A DNA stretch of 64,000 bases from Solidesulfovibrio aerotolerans (GTDB lineage Bacteria; Desulfobacterota; Desulfovibrionia; Desulfovibrionales; Desulfovibrionaceae): NCBI RefSeq assembly GCF_009856865.1, contig NZ_WVUD01000008.1:67499-131498 (forward strand). The letters run 5' to 3'. The notes beneath the pieces were generated by a model. It saw only the letters and a program-made list of their open reading frames with translations, had not been told where the DNA came from and ran no database searches. The translations under genes and the position numbers were made by a program. The stretch's first letter is position 1. Each line of letters opens with the position of its first letter. Shown here piece by piece: positions 9,688 to 16,733 of this stretch.

Positions 9688-10656
9688 CTATTTCTCCCGG
9701 GCGAGCATGGGAGCCAGGACGTCGCTGATCAGTTCGGCTTCGGGGGAGGGGGGAAACAGGGCCAGGGCGGCTTGGGCCTTGGCCAGATACTCGGCGGCCC
9801 TCTCCCGGGTTTTCTCGGCGTGTCCGCCGGCAACGATGTTGCCGCGCAAATATTCGATATCTTCGGCCGAGAGCTGGTCCTGGCGGAAATCTTCAGCCAG
9901 CCGGCGGCGTTCCTCGAAGGGCAGCGTCGCCAGATAGAGGATCAGCGGCAGGGTGACCTTGCCTTCCTTCAAATCGCCGCCGGTGGGCTTGCCGGACACG
10001 GTGGCCGGGGAGGTGTAGTCCAGGGCGTCGTCCACGAGCTGGAAGGCGATGCCGATGGCGTGGCCAAGATCCTGGGCCGCCTGGCACAGCGTTTCACTGG
10101 CTCCGGCCAGCACGGCGCCGCAGTGGCAGGACGCCTGGATGAGGTAGGCGGTCTTGCCGGTGATGATGGAAAAATAGGTGTCCAGCGGCAGATCGACATC
10201 GCGCAGATGGGCGATTTCCTGGATTTCCCCGGTGGCGGTCTGCAGGAGCGCCTCGGACAGGATGCGGGTCAGCTCCGGGTCGTCGTATTCGGCCACCAGC
10301 CGGTTGGCCAAGGCGAGCAATACGTCGCCGGCCAGGATGGTGTGTGTGGCGCCGAAAAGCACATGGGCCGAGGCGCGGCCCCGGCGCAACTTGGCCCCAT
10401 CGACGATGTCGTCGTGCAGCAGCGTGGCCGAGTGCAAAAATTCCAGGGAGCAGGCCAGGGGATGGACGTTGTCCCCGGCATACCCCAAGGCTCTGGCCAC
10501 CAAAATGGTGAGCAGCGGGCGCAGGCGCTTGCCTCCGGCCAACAGCACATGGCGCACCACCGGCTGCACCAGAGGGTTTAGCGTATTGGCCGCGCCCTCC
10601 AGGTACCGGTTGATGGCCGGGACTTCCCGAGTCAAAATGTCCGCGATATCGCTCAT
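9688..10656 (-). CDS. Polyprenyl-diphosphate synthase (IspB/HepT family; menaquinone side chain)
   Basis: The two Asp-rich motifs are LLHDDIVDGAKLRRG and FQLVDDALDY. Start at MSDIADILTRE (10656). The upstream N-terminal extension in the ORF track is rejected. Confidence 0.8.
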   Translation of the reverse strand: MSDIADILTREVPAINRYLEGAANTLNPLVQPVVRHVLLAGGKRLRPLLTILVARALGYAGDNVHPLACSLEFLHSATLLHDDIVDGAKLRRGRASAHVLFGATHTILAGDVLLALANRLVAEYDDPELTRILSEALLQTATGEIQEIAHLRDVDLPLDTYFSIITGKTAYLIQASCHCGAVLAGASETLCQAAQDLGHAIGIAFQLVDDALDYTSPATVSGKPTGGDLKEGKVTLPLILYLATLPFEERRRLAEDFRQDQLSAEDIEYLRGNIVAGGHAEKTRERAAEYLAKAQAALALFPPSPEAELISDVLAPMLAREK

Positions 10657-10720
10657 CCGCTGGAGTTTAACAGCATTGGTCCGGGGCTGGCAAGGGGGGG
10701 GCGGGCGGGAAATGGCGCTC

Positions 10721-11524
10721 TCAAGCCATTTGCGCCAGGGCGACCAGGGCCGCACCACCGGTTGGTCCCATGTCCAGGCTCAAATCGCCAACATAGGCCC
10801 GGATATGGGCAGCAATGACGGCGTCGTCGCGTTCCCGGGCAAAAAGCCGCACCAAGGGGGCCACCAACCCGGGCTGTTCCCGGGCCAGGGTCAGGCTTTG
10901 GCGCAACACGCCGGCCAACGCGGCCAGGCGGGCCGCGCCCAGGCTTTTGCGGGCCGCGATGACGCCAAGGGGCACCGGCACGTCCGGCCAGCGTCCCTGC
11001 CACCAGACCCCAAGATCGAGCAGCAATGTCAGGCCGTGGGCAGCGGCGGCCAGGGCCGTCTCGTGGATGAGCAGCCCGGCCTCGGCCCGGCCGGCCTGCA
11101 CGGCGGCGACAATCTCGTCGTAGCGCACCGGGACAAAAGCGGCGTCAGGCAGCGGCAGCTCGGGCCGGTCCTCGGCCAGGGCAGCGCGCAGCAGGGCGGC
11201 CGCCGTGGTGCGAAGGCCGGGAACGGCAACCGACCGGGGACGGCCGGCAAAGCCCTTGGCGACCACGAGTTTGGGGCCGGCCCCGAAACCAAAGGCCGCT
11301 CCGGACGGCAGCACGGCGTAGGTTTGGGCCAGGGGCGCGGCCATGGCGGCGGAAATCTTGACCACGTCGTAGCGGCCGGCCAGGGCGGCTTCATTGAGCG
11401 TTTCCACGTCCTCAAAGGCGAAGTCGGCCCGCAGGCCGGGCACACCCACCCGGCCCAGAATAAAGGCGGCGAAGATGGCCATGTCGTTGGGACAGGGGGA
11501 GATGGCGACGGTGATGGTGTCCAT
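10721..11524 (-). CDS. mqnD: MqnA/MqnD family protein (futalosine-pathway menaquinone biosynthesis; 1,4-dihydroxy-6-naphthoate synthase-like)
   Basis: MDTITVAISPCPNDMAIFAAFILG matches the N-terminal SPCPND signature I recall for MqnD. The A versus D subfamily is not resolved. Confidence 0.6.
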   Translation of the reverse strand: MDTITVAISPCPNDMAIFAAFILGRVGVPGLRADFAFEDVETLNEAALAGRYDVVKISAAMAAPLAQTYAVLPSGAAFGFGAGPKLVVAKGFAGRPRSVAVPGLRTTAAALLRAALAEDRPELPLPDAAFVPVRYDEIVAAVQAGRAEAGLLIHETALAAAAHGLTLLLDLGVWWQGRWPDVPVPLGVIAARKSLGAARLAALAGVLRQSLTLAREQPGLVAPLVRLFARERDDAVIAAHIRAYVGDLSLDMGPTGGAALVALAQMA

Positions 11525-11537
11525 GGGGCGGCCTCGT

Positions 11538-12374
11538 TTAGGCAAAAAGGCAGGCGGCGGCGCGGCCAAGGGCGGCCAGGGCGGCGGGCAGATCCCAGTC
11601 GGCCGGTGGGCGCGCGCCTACCCGGTTGGAGATGGCGCGTAGTTCCAGCGCTGGCAGGCCCGAAGCGGCGGCAGCCAGGGCCACGGCAAAGCCTTCCATG
11701 GATTCGGCCAATACGCCGTAGCGTGCGGCCAGGGCAGCGGCCCGTTCGGCCGTGGCGCTGACCCCGGCCACGGTGAGGCAGGGACCGGCGATGACGGCCT
11801 CGGGCAGGGTCAGGCCCAAGGCCCGGGCGGCCTCGGCCGGTGGGGCCAGGGGCAGGCGGTCGTAGATGTCGTGGCCGTCGATGACCGCCTGGGGAAACCG
11901 CAGGCCCCGGGCGTCCATAGCCTGGGGACCGTCTGAACCGCGCAGGCCGTATTCGGGAAAGATTTCGGCTGTGGCCGCCACCAGCCCGCCCAGGGGCAGG
12001 ACGGTTGGATCGAAGCTGCCGGCAATGCCAAGGGCCAGCACACCGGACACTTCCCGGTCAGGCGCTCCCTGTCCCCGGCCGATGGCCCGGCCCACGGCCA
12101 GGGCGGCGGCCACCGGCCCGACCCCGGAAACAAGGACGAGCATGTCGCGGCCGCCGCGCCGCCAGGGCACGGTGTGGCCAGGAGCCGGGGGGGCAGGAGC
12201 GCCAAGGCCCGACAACGCGGCCCGGTATTCCTTGGCCGTGGCCAAAACGAGCAGGAGCCGTGGGCGTGGGGCCGGGGGCGCATCCCCCGGCCCCAGCGGG
12301 CCGTTCGTAAGACTTGCCTCCCCGGTCCCGGCACACGCGCCAGAAGGACCGGGGGGTGGCGTTGGGTGGGCCAT
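11538..12374 (-). CDS. mqnB: Futalosine hydrolase / MTA-SAH nucleosidase family (MqnB-like)
   Basis: LLLVLATAKEYRAA...VSGVGPVAAALAVGRAI...AESMEGFAVALAA is the nucleosidase fold. Start at MAHPT (12374). The proline-rich N-terminus makes the exact start uncertain. The remainder of the 469-aa ORF is an out-of-frame overlap with the next gene. Confidence 0.55.
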   Translation of the reverse strand: MAHPTPPPGPSGACAGTGEASLTNGPLGPGDAPPAPRPRLLLVLATAKEYRAALSGLGAPAPPAPGHTVPWRRGGRDMLVLVSGVGPVAAALAVGRAIGRGQGAPDREVSGVLALGIAGSFDPTVLPLGGLVAATAEIFPEYGLRGSDGPQAMDARGLRFPQAVIDGHDIYDRLPLAPPAEAARALGLTLPEAVIAGPCLTVAGVSATAERAAALAARYGVLAESMEGFAVALAAAASGLPALELRAISNRVGARPPADWDLPAALAALGRAAACLFA

Positions 12375-12382
12375 GGATGTTT

Positions 12383-13696
12383 CTACAGCCGCCAGTAGCG
12401 GTAGCCGGCGGTTTCGGCGGCGGTGCGCTCGAACACGCCCTTGACGTCGATAAGTATTGGCTCGACCGAAGGGCGAAACCAGGTGGCGATCTCGTCCAAA
12501 GTCAGCGCCGTAAAGGCGGCGTGGTTGACGGCGATGATAAGCGCGTCCAGCTCGCGCAGCTCCTCGCAGGGAACCAGCGTCAGGCCGTATTCCTCGCGGG
12601 CTTCCTCGGGCGAAGCCATGGGATCGTGGACCAGCACATGCATGCGGAAATCGCAAAGCTCGCGCACCATATCCACAACCTTGGTGTTGCGCAGATCCGG
12701 GACGTTTTCCTTGAAGGTCAGGCCCAGGACGCCGATGCGGGCGCAGCTCGCCCGGCACTCCGAGCGAATGAGCATCTTGATGGTCACTTCGGCCACATGC
12801 TTGGCCATGGAGTCGTTGATGCGACGCCCGGCCGGGATGATCTGCGGATGCAGATTGAGGCTTTGGGCCTGATAGAGCAGATAGTACGGATCGACGCCGA
12901 TGCAGTGGCCGCCGACCAGACCCGGGCGAAAAGGCAGGAAGTTCCATTTCGTCTCGGCGGCGCGCAGCACGTCCACGGTGTCGATGTCCAGCTTGTCGCA
13001 GATCATCGACAATTCGTTCATAAGCGCGATGTTGATGTCGCGCTGGGTGTTTTCAATGACCTTGGCCGCTTCGGCCACCTTGATCGAGGCTGCCTTGTGG
13101 ATGCCGGCCGTGACCACCGCGCCGTAAAGATCGGCCAAAAGGTCCGTCACTTCCGGGGTCTGGCCGGCCACGATCTTGACCACGGTGGCCAGGGTGTGGA
13201 CCTTGTCGCCGGGATTGATGCGCTCCGGGGAATAGCCCACAAAAAAGTCCTGGCCGGCTACGAGGTTTGAGCCGTTTTCGAGCAGCGGCAGACAGACCTC
13301 TTCGGTCAGACCCGGGTAGACCGTGGACTCATAAACGACGATGGAGCCGGGGGTGATCCGGCCGGCCAGCAGGCGCGAGGCACCGACCAGGGGGCCGAGG
13401 TCCGGTGCCCGGTGGGCGTTGATCGGCGTCGGCACGGCCACAATAAATATCTTGCAGGCGGCCAGCTCGGCCGGATCGCAGGTATAGCGCAGGCTGGCGG
13501 CGGTCAGTTCCCCGGGTTCGACCTCAAGGGTGCTGTCGCGCCCGGCCCTGAGTTCTTCCACCCGGGCGGCCTTGACGTCAAAACCGACCACGTCAAAATG
13601 GCGGGCCAGGGCCACAGCCAGGGGCAGGCCGACATAGCCCAGGCCAATGACCGCCACAGCGGCCTTTCTCGCGCGGATGTCTTCAAAACTGATCAA
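12383..13696 (-). CDS. Nucleotide-sugar dehydrogenase (UDP-GlcNAc/ManNAc 6-dehydrogenase, TviB/WbpA/WecC-like)
   Basis: AAVAVIGLGYVGLPLAVALA Rossmann motif and catalytic GGHCIGVDPYYL. Proposed TTG start at 13696 with GGAG 9 nt upstream. The ORF-track start is also a TTG further upstream. Confidence 0.7.
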   Translation of the reverse strand: MISFEDIRARKAAVAVIGLGYVGLPLAVALARHFDVVGFDVKAARVEELRAGRDSTLEVEPGELTAASLRYTCDPAELAACKIFIVAVPTPINAHRAPDLGPLVGASRLLAGRITPGSIVVYESTVYPGLTEEVCLPLLENGSNLVAGQDFFVGYSPERINPGDKVHTLATVVKIVAGQTPEVTDLLADLYGAVVTAGIHKAASIKVAEAAKVIENTQRDINIALMNELSMICDKLDIDTVDVLRAAETKWNFLPFRPGLVGGHCIGVDPYYLLYQAQSLNLHPQIIPAGRRINDSMAKHVAEVTIKMLIRSECRASCARIGVLGLTFKENVPDLRNTKVVDMVRELCDFRMHVLVHDPMASPEEAREEYGLTLVPCEELRELDALIIAVNHAAFTALTLDEIATWFRPSVEPILIDVKGVFERTAAETAGYRYWRL

Positions 13697-13815
13697 TGGG
13701 TGTTCTCCTTCATTGGAAAAAAACGGAACAGATCCATGGTCGCGATAGCGCAAAGCGCGGCCCCCTGCAAGATAGGCGGCTTTACATGTCGCGGCCGAAA
13801 TCGTACTCTTGAGGG

Positions 13816-14022
13816 ATGGAATTTAACTGGAAACTGTTCCTGACGGCCCTGGGGCTGGCCTTTATTCTGGAAGGGCTGCCGTATTTTCTGGCGGCCGAGA
13901 AGATGCCCACAGTGCTCAAAGCCCTGTCCGAGCGCAAACCCGGCGAACTGCGGGCCCTGGGCTTCACAGCCATCCTGTCCGGTCTGGCCCTGCTCTTTTT
14001 CCTACGCGCCTCCGGCGGCTAG
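13816..14022 (+). CDS. Small membrane protein (DUF2065-like)
   Basis: 68 aa with two hydrophobic helices. The RBS context is poor, so this is a weak call. Confidence 0.4.
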   Translation: MEFNWKLFLTALGLAFILEGLPYFLAAEKMPTVLKALSERKPGELRALGFTAILSGLALLFFLRASGG

Positions 14023-14354
14023 CCCTTGCGAGAGAAGAAGAGAGAAGAGGCCTCCGGCGGCCGGGGGGATGATCCCCCCGGACCCCCCAGCGGAAGAAGT
14101 TTTTAAAGGGGCTTGGGGTTGGCTGGTCAGTTGGGCGGTTGTGGACCAGGATTGCCAAAATTTGAGCGTGGCAGGAATCCCTGTGGCTGCGGCTCGACCG
14201 ACAATCGCCTTTCCTGCTCCCGTCAACCGTCGCACAAACGTCCAATAACCCCTTAAAGACCTCTCCTATCAAGGGGGTCCGGGGGGGATTATCCCCCCCG
14301 GCCGCCGGAGGCATCTTCTGCCTTCCCTTCTCTCTCTAATCTCTTTTCTCTTTT
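14023..14354. mobile_element. MITE-like composite palindromic repeat element, copy A. Inverted terminal modules flank about 180 bp.
   Basis: Left arm 14041-14090 is AGAGAAGAGGCCTCCGGCGGCCGGGGGGATGATCCCCCCGGACCCCCC. Right arm 14273-14335 is its reverse complement, followed by a CT-rich tail. Each arm contains the perfect palindrome CCGGGGGGAT-G-ATCCCCCCGG. Related copies are found at about 26400-26500, 42044-42095 and 42690-43058. Confidence 0.6.
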
Positions 14355-15074
14355 CTACACCGCCTTGACCCCGGCGTGGAGGAAGACGATACCGCCGGCC
14401 ATGGCCCGGTAGCCCACGTCGGCAAAGCCGGCCTGGCGCATTTCCTCGGCCAGCGTCGCTTCGTCCGGGAACTCCCGGATCGTCTCGGCCAGGTAGCGGT
14501 AGGCTTCGTCGTCGCCGGAGACGAGCTTGCCGATTTTGGGCAGCACCCGGCGCAGATAGAAATTGTACAACCCGCCCCACATGCGCCGTTTGCCGGTGCC
14601 GAATTCCAGCACCAACAGCCGCCCGCCCGGCCGGATGACCCGGGCCAGTTCGGCCAGGGCCTGGGAACGCGGCCGGATGTTGCGGATGCCAAAGGCAATG
14701 GTGGCCCCGGCCACGGACGCATCGGCCAGGGGCAGCACGCGTCCGTCGGCCACGGTGGGAAAAATGCGCCGCCGGTCGGCCTCGCTTAATTTGCCAAGGC
14801 CGGCCAGGAGCATGGGGGCGCACACGTCGGCGGCCAGGATGCGGCGGCTGCAGCGGCGGGCCACGGCGATGGACACGTCGAGGGTTCCGGCGGCCAGATC
14901 GAGGATGGGGCCAAGGGGCAGGCCGGGGGCCAGCAGCGCCCGGACCATGGTCCGGCGCCAGGCGATGTCGAGGCCGGCTGAGAGCATGTGGTTGAGCAGA
15001 TCGTAGGAGCCGGCCACCCGGCCGAACATGCCGGCCACCCGGCGGTTGTCTCCGGGAACGGGCAGCTCAGCCAT
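14355..15074 (-). CDS. ubiE: Demethylmenaquinone/ubiquinone C-methyltransferase UbiE/MenG
   Basis: MFGRVAGSYDLLNHMLSAGLDIAWRR and the SAM-binding ILDLAAGTLDVS. The start at 15074 overlaps the upstream small ORF by the octamer ATGGCTGA. Confidence 0.85.
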   Translation of the reverse strand: MAELPVPGDNRRVAGMFGRVAGSYDLLNHMLSAGLDIAWRRTMVRALLAPGLPLGPILDLAAGTLDVSIAVARRCSRRILAADVCAPMLLAGLGKLSEADRRRIFPTVADGRVLPLADASVAGATIAFGIRNIRPRSQALAELARVIRPGGRLLVLEFGTGKRRMWGGLYNFYLRRVLPKIGKLVSGDDEAYRYLAETIREFPDEATLAEEMRQAGFADVGYRAMAGGIVFLHAGVKAV

Positions 15075-15270
15075 GGTCGTGTCCACCCTTGGCCGGGGCC
15101 GCGTCGGTTTGGCCGGGCGCATGTGGCGTGCGGCTTATGACCCGCAGCACTTCCTCATAGATAGGACCGAAATGCTCGGTGAAGTTGCCCGGCGAAATAC
15201 GGCCGGTCTCCACAAACTTGACCACGATTTCCTTGGTCACCTGCAAGGCCAGGTTTTCCCGCTTTTCCAT
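15067..15270 (-). CDS. Small hypothetical protein (67 aa), translationally coupled to ubiE
   Basis: MEKRENLALQVTKEIVVKFVETGRISPGNFTEHFGPIYEEVLRVI... AAAGGA RBS lies 9 nt upstream. Its stop overlaps the ubiE start (cat ggc tga / atg gct gag). Confidence 0.45.
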   Translation of the reverse strand: MEKRENLALQVTKEIVVKFVETGRISPGNFTEHFGPIYEEVLRVISRTPHAPGQTDAAPAKGGHDHG

Positions 15271-15683
15271 GCTGCTTGGTCCTTTATGGCCCTGACCGCG
15301 TTGCCGGGCAGGCGGTCTGGCGTCTCGGGGCAATCCGTCGGCTTTGTGAAAAAACCCGCCCGGTTGGGGAAATGGCCTTGGACCGTCCAAGGGCAAGGAC
15401 CGGGCGGGAAAAGGGAAAAACCAGGGGAGGCACTCCACCTTTTTGCGCAGGCCCTAGCACGGGCCGCCCGGCGCGTCGAGGCCCGCCAAACCGCCCGGGC
15501 CGGCAGGCAAGGCCCGGACGCGGCGGCACAAGAAAACGCTTGTGGCCGTGTGCTCATGACGCAAGCAGCCTTGGCCGTTGTGATCGACACCATATTTCCG
15601 TAAGGTCGGGGGAAATTCGAATCCCCGGTTTGTAAGCCCCATGGCCCCACACGCCACTGCGCCGGGAAGGGAGCTTTGTCGTC

Positions 15684-16730
15684 ATGTCCCATGTTCTGAC
15701 CCTGGCACCCGGAATGGCCGTCACCGGGCCGCCGGGCCTGTATGAAGTCCTGCTTGTGGCCGCCTTTGCCGCCCACGTGCTGCTGGTCAACGTGGCCCTG
15801 GGCTGCACGCTGATCGCCCTTTTTTCGCCCGGCACCGGCCGCGCCGTGGCCGGTGCCCTGGCCAAACGCCTGCCCATTGCCGTGGCCGTGGCTGTCAACC
15901 TGGCCATCCCGGTGTTGCTCTTTGCCTCGGTGCTCTACGGCCAATACCTTTACACCGCCGCCATCCTGTCGGCCGTGCCCTGGCTGTCGCTCTTTATGGT
16001 TGTCATGATCGCCTACGGCCTGCTCTACGTGTTCCAGCCCCGGGCGGCACGGCCCGGCGCGGGCTGGATTGCGGCCGGGGCAGGGGCGTTGCTCCTTCTC
16101 GCCAGCCTGACCCTGGTCAATGTCTCGCTGCTGGCGGTGCGCCCGGATCTCTGGCCCGGGGCTGCGGCCCAGGCCGGCGGCACGGCCCTGGCTGTGGGCG
16201 ACCCGACCTTTTTGCCCCGCTGGCTTCATTTCGTGACCGCCTCCCTGGCCGTTGGCGGACTGGCCCTGGCGCTTTTCTCTCAAAAAGCGGCCCGTAGCGA
16301 CGCTGCGGCCGCCGACCGGCTGCGGCTGGGGCTGCGCTGGTTTGGTGGGGCCACCCTGGCCCAGATTCCCGTGGGCCTGTGGTTTCTGCTGTCGCTGCCG
16401 CGCCCGATCATGGAGCGGTTTTTCGGCGGCCATCCCGTGACCACCCTGGCCTTTATGCTCGGGCTTGGGCTGGCGGCGGCAGCACTGTTAAACGCCTGGC
16501 GCGGCCGGGTCGGGCGGGCGGCCTTTTTTATTGTCGCCGCTGTTGGCGGCATGGCGGTTGTGCGCGAGCAGGTCCGGCAAGCCTATCTGGCCCCGCATTT
16601 CACCCTGGACGCGCTGCCGGTCGCCACCCAGATCGGTCCCATCGTCATGTTTCTGGCCTGTCTCGCTGCCACGGCCCTGGCCGCAATCTGGGCCATCAGC
16701 CTGTATCGCCGCGCCGGGCAAAGGGGTTAG
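15684..16730 (+). CDS. Cytochrome bd-superfamily subunit-I-like membrane protein (CydA-like, Q-loop absent)
   Basis: About nine TM helices. TM1 AAHVLLVNVALGCT resembles CydA MYHFLFVPLTLGM. WLHFVTASLAVGG resembles CydA FVHTVASGYVTG (H186 region). REQVRQAYLAPHFTLDALPVATQ resembles CydA EYGRQPWAIGEVLPTAVAN. No long periplasmic loop between helices 5 and 6. E. coli CydA comparisons are from memory. Confidence 0.55.
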   Translation: MSHVLTLAPGMAVTGPPGLYEVLLVAAFAAHVLLVNVALGCTLIALFSPGTGRAVAGALAKRLPIAVAVAVNLAIPVLLFASVLYGQYLYTAAILSAVPWLSLFMVVMIAYGLLYVFQPRAARPGAGWIAAGAGALLLLASLTLVNVSLLAVRPDLWPGAAAQAGGTALAVGDPTFLPRWLHFVTASLAVGGLALALFSQKAARSDAAAADRLRLGLRWFGGATLAQIPVGLWFLLSLPRPIMERFFGGHPVTTLAFMLGLGLAAAALLNAWRGRVGRAAFFIVAAVGGMAVVREQVRQAYLAPHFTLDALPVATQIGPIVMFLACLAATALAAIWAISLYRRAGQRG

Positions 16731-16733
16731 GGC

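Noticed and set aside
10178-11761. 527-aa plus-strand ORF
   Set aside because: Antisense across the polyprenyl synthase and mqn genes.
11538-12947. Full 469-aa ORF-track protein for the mqnB region
   Set aside because: The upstream 191 codons overlap the nucleotide-sugar dehydrogenase gene in another frame and are Arg/Pro-rich. Only the C-terminal nucleosidase-like part (from 12374) is credible.
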